From the NCBI GenBank assembly GCA_963705105.1, contig CAVPIW010000009.1, forward strand, positions 160,001 to 224,000: a stretch of DNA of 64,000 bases, given 5' to 3'. Both the position numbers and the translations under genes were made by a program. The notes below the pieces were generated by a model. It saw only the letters and a list, made by a program, of their open reading frames with translations. It searched no databases and was not told the origin of the DNA. Position 1 is the stretch's first letter. Every line of letters starts with the position of its first letter. Positions 41,694-50,885 of the stretch are shown one piece after another. The DNA comes from an uncultured Nitrospiraceae bacterium. Lineage in GTDB: Bacteria; Nitrospirota; Thermodesulfovibrionia; Thermodesulfovibrionales; Dissulfurispiraceae.

Positions 41694-44216
41694 ATGCCTG
41701 AACGTATGAGAGGCCTTGCCGTCCTGACTGCAGTGATGATCCTTGCAATGGCAGTGCTGCTCATTGCGGCCCCCGTACAGACGGCGGAACAGAAAGCGCC
41801 TGAGCCCCGGAAGACAGATGCTCCCGCAACCGCGACTGCAGACCAGCCCGCATCCACTCCATCCGGCCCGGCGGTCATCCCGGTGACGGAGGTCGCGAAA
41901 CAGGCGACAGAGGTGTCGAATCTCCTGCGCACCCTCATGGATAAGTCCGCAAGAAGTCCCGCAATTACAGAGATCTGGAAATCTCTTCCCGATGTCATGG
42001 CACACACGGACAGAGAACTTGAGGAGACATTGAGGCTCCTTCAGCGGCAGATGGCCCTCCCCAAGCTACAGGCACAACAGCATCAGTGGGAGCAGAGGAA
42101 GATCAGATATGCGGGATGGCTGGCTGCGTTGACGAAGAGATCCAACGAACATCAGGAAAATCTGAATCGCCTGGAGAACCTGAAGACAACGTGGATAATG
42201 ACCTTTGACGCGGCAAAGGCTTTGAGCGCTCCCGGATTTATCCTTCAGCATATCAGTGACACGATTGAGAGTATCAGCGCTGCGGAGGTCTCCGTGAGAG
42301 AGCGGCTCACCGTTGTCCTCGACCTTCAGGGCAGGGTCGGCAATGAGGTTGCAAGGTGCGAGACGGTCCTGGCAAAGATCGCCCGGATGCAGGAGACATC
42401 CATGTCTGGTATCCTGGTGCAGGACAGCGTGCCGATCGTAAGTCCCGAGCTGTGGACTGATGCGGCGAAAGCGATGCCGTCATATGTCCGCACCACTGCA
42501 TCCTCCTTTTGGGGAGACATCAATAATTATGTTATGTATCCCTCCAGGCGCATGTCGCTGCATGCCGGGATTTTTGCGGTGCTGACGATCTTGTTTTTTT
42601 CAGCCCGATACTGGGTTCGCAGGCGAACAGCCGCGGGTGAGACTCTTTCGCCGGTTGTGAGGGTCTTCGACCACCCCTTCGCGGCTGCCTTGGCCATGAC
42701 TCTGTTCATTGTCGCATCTCCCGCCTGGTTGTCGATGCCGGCAGCGATAAGGGACACCTTTCAGGTTTTTGCGTTTGTGCCGATGATCATCCTGATCCGG
42801 CCAGTTGTCTCAACAGTTCTGGCCTACGGACTCTTTGCGCTCGGACTCCTGTTTGCAGTAGATGCGATGCGGGAAATCTTTTCCGGGCAACAGCTTATAG
42901 GACAGGGCGCACTCATTCTTGAATCTTCCGCCGCCATGGCGGTCATGATCTGGTTCCTGCGAAACCTCCGTCCGGCCTTTGGAGACGCGACCGGGTCCTC
43001 CCGCCTGCTCTTGCTTCAGTCAGGGGGTGTCGTCATTCTTCTGATCCTTGCCGCAGGTTTTGCGGCCGCTGCCACGGGATATGTGCGCCTTGCCGGCCTT
43101 ATGACCCCCGGGGTACTTGCCGGCGGTGTGCTGGCGATAGCGGTCTATGCGTCCCTGCGTGTCGTCATCGCTCTTGTCGCTATTTCCCTCCGCATCTGGC
43201 CGTTACGGACGCTCCAGATGATACAACACCACCGCGACCTGCTGGAGAGCCGGATCTGTCGCATTTTGATCTGGTCGGCGATTGCAGGATGGACGATACG
43301 GTATCTCAGCTACATCGGCCTCCTGGAGCCGTTTCTGTCCTTCTGGAAGGCTGTTCTGACCGCAAAATTCGAGAGAGGCCCGATCAGCATCTCTCCCGGC
43401 GACGTCCTGGAATTCTTTCTCACCGTCTGGGTCGGATATCTGCTGTCGGCCTTTATCCGCTTTGTGCTGCGGGAGGACGTGTATCCCCGGATCGGGATCA
43501 CACCCGGCAAGTCGTACGCCTTATCGAGCCTGCTTCATTATTTCCTCATCGCTCTCGGGTTCGTAGTGGGGATGGCGGTGTTGGGGATAAATCTCACGAA
43601 GCTTACCGTTCTCACCGGCGCCCTCGGGGTCGGCATCGGCTTCGGACTGCAGAGTGTGGTGAACAACTTCGTTTCCGGCCTGATCCTGCTCCTTGAGCGT
43701 CCTATAAAGGTAGGCGACACGGTCGAGGTCGGCGACCTCCTTGGCGCCGTTCGGCGGATCGGCATACGGGCCAGCACCGTCCGAACCTTGCAGGGGGCTG
43801 ACATTATCGTCCCTAATGCGCAGCTCGTCACTGAGAAGGTGACCAACTGGACCCTCGGCGATCAATTGCGGCGCATCGACCTGTCTGTCGGCGTCAGTTA
43901 CAGCTCGGCGCCGAAGGAAGTGATACAGGTTCTTGAAAAAGTTGCGATCGATCACCCGCATATATTGGCAAGCCCGCCGCCTCAGGCCCTCTTCACGGGT
44001 TATGGGGACAGTTCGATCGACTTCGAGCTGAGGGCATGGACAGACCGGTTTGAGGACTGGGCTCGGATACGAAGCGAATTGGCCACGGCAGTCTTCGACG
44101 CCGTGCGCGCTGCCGGCATGTCGTTCCCCTTTCCGCAGCGCGAGGTGCGCCTGCTGCGCGATGCCGAAAGTGCGAAGGCAGCGGCTCACGGCCAGCCGGA
44201 GGCGGGAAAAGGTTGA
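41694..44216 (+). CDS. Large MscS/MscK-like mechanosensitive channel
   Basis: GALGVGIGFGLQSVVNNFVSGLILLLERPIKVGD, IIVPN, FPFPQREV. Confidence 0.9.
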   Translation: MPERMRGLAVLTAVMILAMAVLLIAAPVQTAEQKAPEPRKTDAPATATADQPASTPSGPAVIPVTEVAKQATEVSNLLRTLMDKSARSPAITEIWKSLPDVMAHTDRELEETLRLLQRQMALPKLQAQQHQWEQRKIRYAGWLAALTKRSNEHQENLNRLENLKTTWIMTFDAAKALSAPGFILQHISDTIESISAAEVSVRERLTVVLDLQGRVGNEVARCETVLAKIARMQETSMSGILVQDSVPIVSPELWTDAAKAMPSYVRTTASSFWGDINNYVMYPSRRMSLHAGIFAVLTILFFSARYWVRRRTAAGETLSPVVRVFDHPFAAALAMTLFIVASPAWLSMPAAIRDTFQVFAFVPMIILIRPVVSTVLAYGLFALGLLFAVDAMREIFSGQQLIGQGALILESSAAMAVMIWFLRNLRPAFGDATGSSRLLLLQSGGVVILLILAAGFAAAATGYVRLAGLMTPGVLAGGVLAIAVYASLRVVIALVAISLRIWPLRTLQMIQHHRDLLESRICRILIWSAIAGWTIRYLSYIGLLEPFLSFWKAVLTAKFERGPISISPGDVLEFFLTVWVGYLLSAFIRFVLREDVYPRIGITPGKSYALSSLLHYFLIALGFVVGMAVLGINLTKLTVLTGALGVGIGFGLQSVVNNFVSGLILLLERPIKVGDTVEVGDLLGAVRRIGIRASTVRTLQGADIIVPNAQLVTEKVTNWTLGDQLRRIDLSVGVSYSSAPKEVIQVLEKVAIDHPHILASPPPQALFTGYGDSSIDFELRAWTDRFEDWARIRSELATAVFDAVRAAGMSFPFPQREVRLLRDAESAKAAAHGQPEAGKG

Positions 44217-44304
44217 GGTATTCAAGGATTCGCTGAAAGCTGTTTCGGTCAAGAGTGCAGGCAGATCAAAGTCAGAGGATGAGTATAATCAAAGGAGGAT
44301 GATT

Positions 44305-45087
44305 ATGAGATGTGGCAAATGGCGTATTACCTTGTTTTGCGTGACTGTTCTCGCGTTGCTGGTTATGACGGGCTTACCTGCTGACAGCAGCGCTCAGTCG
44401 GCTGCGGTCGATCCCAGGGCCGATCAGCTCCTGCGGAAAATGAGCGACTACTTGGGTGGCCTGCAGCAGTTCAGTGTTCAAACGGAGAACACCCTCGAGG
44501 TAGTCCTCAGGTCCGGCGAGAAGATCCAGTACGTCAACCCGGCTGAGCTCTCCGTGCGGCGCCCGAACAAATTGCGCGCTCACCGGGAGGGAGATCTCGT
44601 CAACCAGGTGTTCTACTACGACGGCAAGACCCTGACGCTCTATAGCCCTGACCACAAATACTATGCCACCGTCGATGCGCCCCCGACGATCGATACAATG
44701 ATGGATTTCGCCAGGACGGCCCTTGATGTGTTTGCACCCGGAGGCGATCTCGTTTACAAGAACCCGTACGACATCCTTACCGAAGATGTCGTATCGGGTT
44801 TCTACGTCGGCATGAGCGTCATTGGCGGCATTAAATGCCATCATCTCGCTTTTCGGGGCAATGAGGTCGACTGGCAGATTTGGATAGAGGACGGCGACAG
44901 GCCTCTGCCCAAGAGATTCATTGTCACGACGAAATGGATGACCGGGGCACCTCAGTTTACGGCCACTACAAGTAACTGGAACTTGTCACCGAAGCTCACG
45001 GACGATGTGTTCACCTTCGCGGCCCCGAAGGATGCCCAAAAAATCGATTTCATACGCCTCACCACCGGCGGCGTGTCGACACGATAG
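44305..45087 (+). CDS. DUF2092 periplasmic protein, second paralog
   Basis: LLRKMSDYL, RPNKLRA, YDGKTLT, CHHLAFR..DWQIWIEDG..PLP. Confidence 0.88.
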   Translation: MRCGKWRITLFCVTVLALLVMTGLPADSSAQSAAVDPRADQLLRKMSDYLGGLQQFSVQTENTLEVVLRSGEKIQYVNPAELSVRRPNKLRAHREGDLVNQVFYYDGKTLTLYSPDHKYYATVDAPPTIDTMMDFARTALDVFAPGGDLVYKNPYDILTEDVVSGFYVGMSVIGGIKCHHLAFRGNEVDWQIWIEDGDRPLPKRFIVTTKWMTGAPQFTATTSNWNLSPKLTDDVFTFAAPKDAQKIDFIRLTTGGVSTR

Positions 45088-45108
45088 ATAGACAAAAGGA
45101 GAGAAGCC

Positions 45109-45612
45109 ATGAAAAAGTTATTCAGTGCATTCGTGCTTGTCAGCTCGCTGTTGTGTATGGTTAGTCTGGACCTGACCTGTCAATCCTCCCCGGACGTGGG
45201 CCTTGTGGGGACGGCAGAGGCGATCGTCGGTGCTCCCCTGACGCCCGTAAGTGCTGCCGGTGTTGCACGGCGCACAACGCGAAGAGTGGTAGCCACCGAG
45301 GCGACAGTGGCAACCACTGCGGCAGCCAGTTCGCAACAGCAGCAGGCGACTGCCCAGCAGCAGGCCGCGACAGCTCAACAGCAAGCCGCAACGGCTCAAC
45401 AACAGCAAGCAATCGCGCAACAGCAGGCAGCGGTTGCCCAACAGCAGGCCTCACCAGTTCCGGTTGGAACGGTTATTCCAAAATTACCCGGCGGTTGCAC
45501 CTCGATCACTGTTCAAGGGGTGAACTATTCAGACTGCGGGGGGGCTTTCTACAAGGCGGCGTTCCAGGGCAACAACCTGGTCTACGTCGTAGTGGAAAAA
45601 CCCTTCAAGTAA
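45109..45612 (+). CDS. Small exported Gln/Ala-rich protein with TPVSAAGVARR motif and C-terminal Cys pair
   Basis: Signal peptide; QQQAATA repeats; LPGGC...YSDCGGAFY. Confidence 0.75.
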   Translation: MKKLFSAFVLVSSLLCMVSLDLTCQSSPDVGLVGTAEAIVGAPLTPVSAAGVARRTTRRVVATEATVATTAAASSQQQQATAQQQAATAQQQAATAQQQQAIAQQQAAVAQQQASPVPVGTVIPKLPGGCTSITVQGVNYSDCGGAFYKAAFQGNNLVYVVVEKPFK

Positions 45613-45817
45613 TGAGGCTTGGCTACACGTGAACCGAGGCTGTCCGGGATGACGGTGGCTCGGGGCGCTCCGGGACCTCGCGGATTGGCAGATCCACGGA
45701 AAGTGGCGGACCCAAGGGGCGCTGACGCCGTGGACCTTTCGATCAGCGTTAGCCTATAATGTGCGAAGCGATCGACGCCCTTTGGGCGCATATCAGATCA
45801 GACCGGAGGAGTGAAAG

Positions 45818-46648
45818 ATGAACGACCTTGTTCTGCGAAGCATCTCACGGGTTGTCGCAGTACTGCTTGTATCAGTTTTGTTGCTTGCAGGCGCCGCCGA
45901 TGTGTATGCGGCAGACGCCAAAAAGGATGACGGCTGGCATTTCACGCTCGTTCCCTATATCTGGCTGCCCTCGATAGACGGATCGATGAATGTAAACCTT
46001 CCGAGGCGAGAGGTCACCGGCACCGCTGACCTGAGTGATGACGACTATCTTGACAGCCTGCAGTTTGCCTTAATGCTGTCGTTCGAAGCGGAGAAGGGCA
46101 GGTGGTCTATCCTGACGGACTTCGTGTACGTTTCTTTCGAAAACGAAGAAACGACGACGAAATTCCCGAATCTACCCAGCGGCGGACTCCAGATCAAGTC
46201 CAACAACGAACTTCAGGCCGTGGCCTTTGAGATAGCCCCGGCCTATGCCTTGTACCACAGTGAAAGTGTAAAGTTCGATGTCCTTGCGGGGATACGGTAC
46301 ATAGGGATAGATGCCGATGTCACCCTGAATCCCAGCACGGCATTGCCTGTCAGCATCCCGTCCCGGACTTTTTCCGAAAAGAAGGATTACTTCGACCCGA
46401 TCATCGGTTTCAAAGGGAGGTTTGAGCTGGGCAAGGGATGGTTTCTGCCCTATTACGCCGATATCGGCGGCTTCGGCATCAACAACGAGATGAACTGGCA
46501 GCTCTTCGGGGGGATCGGGTACCGTTTCAGCAAGCTCTTCTCGATGACGCTCGGCTACCGCCACCTGGAGTATGATTTCGACGATGATGAACCTTTCAAC
46601 GATCTGTCCCTGAGCGGCGGACAACTGGGCTTTGTTTTCAGGTTCTGA
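45818..46648 (+). CDS. Outer-membrane beta-barrel protein
   Basis: WHFTLVPYIWLPSIDG, DPIIG, YADIGGFG, GYR; C-terminal F. Confidence 0.8.
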   Translation: MNDLVLRSISRVVAVLLVSVLLLAGAADVYAADAKKDDGWHFTLVPYIWLPSIDGSMNVNLPRREVTGTADLSDDDYLDSLQFALMLSFEAEKGRWSILTDFVYVSFENEETTTKFPNLPSGGLQIKSNNELQAVAFEIAPAYALYHSESVKFDVLAGIRYIGIDADVTLNPSTALPVSIPSRTFSEKKDYFDPIIGFKGRFELGKGWFLPYYADIGGFGINNEMNWQLFGGIGYRFSKLFSMTLGYRHLEYDFDDDEPFNDLSLSGGQLGFVFRF

Positions 46649-46656
46649 CCGGTCGA

Positions 46657-46749
46657 AGAAAGGCATTCCAGCGGCCCATGGCCGAGGGGGCGGGGCTGCT
46701 GCAGGCCGCACAGGACGTCTGTCTCTGAGGGGATGTCACCGTCGCGTAG
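46657..46749 (+). repeat. Decayed copy of the last 93 nt of fbaB (direct repeat of 35874-35966)
   Basis: [29 protein letters not shown] versus [30 protein letters not shown]. Confidence 0.93.
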
Positions 46750-46805
46750 CACAAAGGAGCACGACCAGCCGTGACGTATCGTGATCTGCGAGGAGGTCAA
46801 TAAAG

Positions 46806-47762
46806 ATGAGCAAACCGGGCATCAATGATTCATCGGGAATTTCAGACGGCTATGCGGGCAGCCGGGTCGGCAGCGTCAGCAGTGCGTGTGTCATCATCGC
46901 TATGGCAGTCATCATTGCCTTCAGTGCCTGTCAATCGCCGGCAGCCGGGGCGCAACCAGCTGCCGGCACGGCTTCAGGGATGCTCACCATTAACGGGAAA
47001 GGCATCCCGCTGAAGTATTCCTATGCGATGGAACAGCCCAATACCTTTGATGCCGCCAAGAACGACATCGCAGTCTTGTTGACCGAAAATCCCCTCCCCG
47101 AAGAAGCGCTCACTGGCATCGCGGACCTGAGAGACGCCACCCGGAAGCAGCATGGCTGGGCCTTCTTCAAGATCAACAGTGTCGGGAAACCGATCTATGA
47201 GGTGATCGACCATCCCTCGACCAACGGTCAAATCTCGATGTCGGGTTTCACCCACGCAGGTTTCAGTGCGAGGGAAATGGGAAAGGACCGGGTGACGGGA
47301 TCGTTTGCGACCTCGAAGCCCGAAGACTTCATGACGTACAAATACGAGATCAAGGCGGAATTTTCCGCGCCTCTCCTGAAGGCAACGCTGCCGGAGCCTC
47401 TGCCGGATGCAAAGACCGGCAAGGCGCTCCCCGCCGGCGGGGGGGAGCCGGGCAAAGCCTATAACGCGCATCGCAAGGCCATAAGGGACAAGGACGTCGC
47501 AGCAATTCGCAGGACGGCTCCCTCCTCACAGGCTAAGGATATGTCAGACAGCGACCTGGAGAACATGATCGATTTCATGACCACCATATCCCCCGGCGCA
47601 CCGAAGATCACCAAAGGCTATGTGAAGGAAAACAGGGCTGTCCTCTATGTCGAGGGGGTTCACGAAGGTGAGATGCGATATGCAACAGTGGAGTTGGCAA
47701 GAGAGGGAAAGAAGTGGTATGTCGTAGAAGAAAAATGGAGCAATACACCGCTTAAGAAATAA
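46806..47762 (+). CDS. Hypothetical exported protein/lipoprotein
   Basis: 318-aa ORF, RBS GGAGG, hydrophobic leader ending FSAC. Confidence 0.7.
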   Translation: MSKPGINDSSGISDGYAGSRVGSVSSACVIIAMAVIIAFSACQSPAAGAQPAAGTASGMLTINGKGIPLKYSYAMEQPNTFDAAKNDIAVLLTENPLPEEALTGIADLRDATRKQHGWAFFKINSVGKPIYEVIDHPSTNGQISMSGFTHAGFSAREMGKDRVTGSFATSKPEDFMTYKYEIKAEFSAPLLKATLPEPLPDAKTGKALPAGGGEPGKAYNAHRKAIRDKDVAAIRRTAPSSQAKDMSDSDLENMIDFMTTISPGAPKITKGYVKENRAVLYVEGVHEGEMRYATVELAREGKKWYVVEEKWSNTPLKK

Positions 47763-47820
47763 AGGACAGCCGACGTTTCCCTTCCCGGACCGAAAATCCT
47801 TGAGGGAAAGCCTCAGGTCT

Positions 47821-48096
47821 CCCTTTAGTTGCATTGAAAGGCGGGGCGAAACGCTCTGCAATACAGTGTCAGTGACAGTGTGAGTGTCAGCAAAAAGTTC
47901 ACCTTTTTCAGCCGTCGGCCTGAAATAGCTTCATCGATGTCGGGCCGTTCGGGGAACGGCCCTTACAGGATTCCACTCTTTGTGTCATCGACCATTAGCG
48001 TATAGTTCATCTTTCGTTTTGATGCAGGCGTCGCCGCAGCAAGGTTTTCGGCGCATACGCCCCGCCTTTCCCGGGCGTGCAGTGCAACGATAAGGG
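47821..48096 (-). repeat. Long-hairpin intergenic repeat, copy 8 (A/B chimera with inserted REP-like palindrome)
   Basis: A-type 5' half, GGGCCGTTC...GAACGGCCC hairpin, B-type 3' half. Confidence 0.88.
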
Positions 48097-48288
48097 TCTC
48101 TCTAATTTCGGAGAGAGGTCATACAGATCGAAAATGTCCTTCCCATCCGCTTCATCCACCTGCTAACACGCAAGATCGTTAACCCGTCAGTAATGTTGAT
48201 TCTGTGAAGAAACCTACTTGACTGCAATGGAAGCCAGCTGAAGAACCCCCCCCAAAAAATTCCCCCTTTTTTCGCCTAAGATGACAGC

Positions 48289-48317
48289 TTGACACTTGTA
48301 ACCTGACCGGTTACACT
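48289..48317 (+). promoter_or_regulatory. sigma70 promoter with palindromic operator for higBA
   Basis: TTGACA-17-TACACT, with TGTAACC-N5-GGTTACA overlapping the spacer and -10. Confidence 0.7.
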
Positions 48318-48331
48318 ATAAACAATGAGGG

Positions 48332-48610
48332 ATGATCAAGACCTTCACACATAGAGGACTTGAAGACTTCTTTTATGATGGAAACAAAAAGGGTATCCAA
48401 GCCGTGCACGCGCAGAAACTCGCGGACATTCTGGACAGGCTCGATGCCTCATCCGTGGTGGAGGACATGAGATATCCCGGTTCCGACCTGCATCAGCTGA
48501 AAGGACCTCTGAAGGGATTCTGGGCTGTGAAGGTGTCCGGCAACCGGCGGGTGGTCTTCACATTCAGGGAGGGCAACGCCTACCAGGTGAACTATATCGA
48601 TTATCACTAA
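48332..48610 (+). CDS. higB: HigB toxin (RelE family)
   Basis: MIKTFTHRGLEDFF..G...LHQLKG...WAVKVSGN.RVVF.F...YIDYH. Confidence 0.9.
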   Translation: MIKTFTHRGLEDFFYDGNKKGIQAVHAQKLADILDRLDASSVVEDMRYPGSDLHQLKGPLKGFWAVKVSGNRRVVFTFREGNAYQVNYIDYH

Positions 48611-48623
48611 TAATGGTGAAGAC

Positions 48624-48914
48624 ATGAGAACGCGAAAGAGAACACCCACCCATCCGGGCGGCATTTTGAAGAGACAGTATATGGAGCCTTTGTCCCTGAC
48701 GGTTTCCGATCTCGCCGTTACCCTCGGAGTGTCGAGGAAGACACTCTCGAAAATCGTGAATGAGCGGGGCGCAGTGACCCCGGACATGGCGCTTCGTCTC
48801 TCCAGGGCCTTTAATACCACACCTGAACTGTGGCTCAACCTGCAGCGCTGTTATGATCTCTGGGAAGCTGCGCACAAGTCGGATGACTGGAAACTGGTCG
48901 AGGCGATAGCTTGA
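48624..48914 (+). CDS. higA: HigA antitoxin (Xre HTH)
   Basis: PTHPGGIL...LGVSRKTLSKIVN...VTPDMALRLS..F.TTPELWLNLQ. Confidence 0.92.
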   Translation: MRTRKRTPTHPGGILKRQYMEPLSLTVSDLAVTLGVSRKTLSKIVNERGAVTPDMALRLSRAFNTTPELWLNLQRCYDLWEAAHKSDDWKLVEAIA

Positions 48915-49010
48915 TGAGGTGTCCTTATCGTTGCTGAGTTTCCTGCTTGAAAGTTCTTCGACCTGATATTTCTTCGCCTCCTAGGGAGGTAAAAAGGGAC
49001 AACCCTATTT

Positions 49011-49212
49011 ATTGACAACCTGAGGGCTTTGTTGTGTTGTGCCGACTCGCCCAGGGACTGAGCCTTGTATGCGGTTTCTGTTCCCCGGATCAGGTCCGGG
49101 GCAGGCTCTTGCCTTCGGTCCGTACTCGTGATAGCATCCATCAGTATGAACACTTTCAGGTTCTCGTACAGGGGACTTTCACCCCATAAGCTCACGCCCA
49201 TGCCGGGCGTAC
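49011..49212 (-). mobile_element. 5' remnant (domain I) of a bacterial group II intron inserted in an attC site
   Basis: Minus strand begins GTACGCCCGGCATGGGCGTG...GGGGTGAAAGTCCCC, as in class C/E intron 5' ends. Confidence 0.75.
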
Positions 49213-49318
49213 ACGAATCGCTGAAACCAACCAAGAAATGCGGTCGGAAAAATCAGGTGGTTGAGTTTTAGTTTGGAGTTTGCCCGCCTTTCTTGGCGGC
49301 TTATCTTGATCGTTATGC
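49213..49318 (+). other. Integron attC recombination site (R'' interrupted by the intron)
   Basis: AC-GAATCGCTGAAACCAACCAAGAAATGCGG ... CCGCCTTTCTTGGCGGCTTATCTTGATC-GTTATGC, an imperfect inverted repeat ending in a GTTRRRY-like core. Confidence 0.7.
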
Positions 49319-49381
49319 TATGATTAAGAAGATGGGGAAAAACTGAATAATATTGAGCGAAACAAGAAAGGAGAAGACATT

Positions 49382-50191
49382 ATGAAACAGACAGTAATCA
49401 GTTTCAGCATCCGAATAGCGCTTGCAGCATTACTGATGGCCTTAGTCGTACCATGCGCAATTGCACAACAAGCGCCTTCGGCTGAAAAATCGGCGATAAT
49501 TTTAAAAGCTTATGGTCCAGGCGGTCCCGCCCCGGCAATGCGCGAAGCTGCGAAGGTATTCGGAGCCAAAAAAGGAACTATGGTGGAGATAACTGCCGGC
49601 CCGACACCGACTTGGAAAGATCAAGCAATGAAGGATGCAGACCTGATTTTCAGCGGTTCCGAGTATATGATGACTGATTTCGTGCGAAAGGATGTTCCCG
49701 GACTAATCGACACTTCAACAATCCGAACCCTTTATCTGCGACCTTCGGCTATTCTCGTCCGCCCGGGTAATCCTAAGGGTATCAACGGCATTAAAGACCT
49801 TGTCAAACCGGGCATTAAGATTCTTGTGGTTGAAGGAGCCGGACAGGTCGGAATGTGGGAGGATGTGGCAGGTCGAACAGGCAGTGTCAAACTTGTTGAC
49901 GGCATACGCCGCAACATCGGTTTCTTCGCAGCCAATAGCGCCGAAGCAAAGAAGATATGGAACAGCGATATGAGCTATGATGTTTGGCTCATCTGGACTA
50001 TTTGGCAGAAGGAGAGTCCCGCGTCTGCCGACCTTGTCAACACCGAGCCTGAAAACACGATTTATCGCTCATGCGGTATTGCACTAACAAATCGATCAGA
50101 ACAAAAGGCATTGGCTAAGGAGTTTGCCGATTTTCTGCAGTCGGCTGAGGGGAAAGGAATTTTTGTAAAATGGGGCTGGATTGCACCTTAG
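49382..50191 (+). CDS. AcfC-like periplasmic substrate-binding protein (gene cassette)
   Basis: YGPGGPAPAMREAA..F, ADLIFSGSEYMM, LYLRPSAILVRPGNPKGI, GAGQVGMWED; lower GC than flanks. Confidence 0.85.
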   Translation: MKQTVISFSIRIALAALLMALVVPCAIAQQAPSAEKSAIILKAYGPGGPAPAMREAAKVFGAKKGTMVEITAGPTPTWKDQAMKDADLIFSGSEYMMTDFVRKDVPGLIDTSTIRTLYLRPSAILVRPGNPKGINGIKDLVKPGIKILVVEGAGQVGMWEDVAGRTGSVKLVDGIRRNIGFFAANSAEAKKIWNSDMSYDVWLIWTIWQKESPASADLVNTEPENTIYRSCGIALTNRSEQKALAKEFADFLQSAEGKGIFVKWGWIAP

Positions 50192-50252
50192 ACGTCACTT
50201 TTGCCCCATTTTCCTGATTTAGGAACTGTTTTTACCGGAAGTGCTTGGCCTA

Positions 50253-50445
50253 ATCGGGTAAGGGACGGCAGCTAACCGTCCCTGCCCACACCACCCATCG
50301 AACGGGTCCGTAATGGGCGGTTCGCGGAAATTATCGGGCCGTAGCCGGATAGTGAATCCCTATCCACAGTGATCGTATCGACAGAAGTCCCTGTCTTGCC
50401 AGAAACTCATTGCCCAAGCCGCAATTCGCAGCAGTAGCAAAAGAG
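50253..50445 (-). mobile_element. 3' remnant of a group IIC intron: maturase C-terminus plus domains V/VI
   Basis: Minus strand GAACCGCCCATTACGGACCCG...GGTGGTGTGGG (DV, CGC triad), GGGACGG..CCGTCCC-TTACCCGAT (DVI); preceded by NEFLARQGLLSIRSLWIGIHYPATAR*. Confidence 0.85.
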
Positions 50446-50463
50446 CAAAAGGGACAACCCCCT

Positions 50464-50631
50464 ATTTTGACCTCGATCGCCTGCGGGGATACCAACCGTG
50501 CGATCGCTGAGAAGCTGCGGATCAGCGAAAAGACCGTTGAGACCCACCGCAGCAGGATGATGCAGAAACTCGACATCCACCGCCTTGCCGACCTCGTGAG
50601 ATTCGCCCTGGCCGCGGGACTTGCGCCTTAA
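50464..50631 (+). pseudogene. C-terminal LuxR/NarL HTH scrap
   Basis: ILTSIACGDTNRAIAEKLRISEKTVETHRSRMMQKLDIH..ADLVRFA; no N-terminus. Confidence 0.8.
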
Positions 50632-50802
50632 CGGCATACCCGCCTGCAGCAGCAGCACGACAAAGAATCCCTATTCCCCTCAAGGACTTTTATCTCCCCT
50701 GCCTGCCGTCTACAAAAAAGCCTCTACAGACAAAACTGTACAAAATTACATGGTTCTCCCGACTAACTTTTCTCCGATTCTCTGGTATTTAACAGATAGG
50801 AA

Positions 50803-50885
50803 CACACGATAAAGCCAAACCATCCGCAAGGGTGGGACGGAAAGCAACGAGTCTCGCAAGAGACGGCCGGGCTGCCGAAGAAAAT
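50803..50885 (+). promoter_or_regulatory. Cyclic di-GMP-I (GEMM-I) riboswitch
   Basis: CCAAACCATCC-GCAA-GGGTGGGACGGAAAGC...GTCTC-GCAA-GAGACGGCCGGGCTGCCGAA matches GEMM-I P2/P3 architecture; about 200 nt upstream of ORF 51080. Confidence 0.85.
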
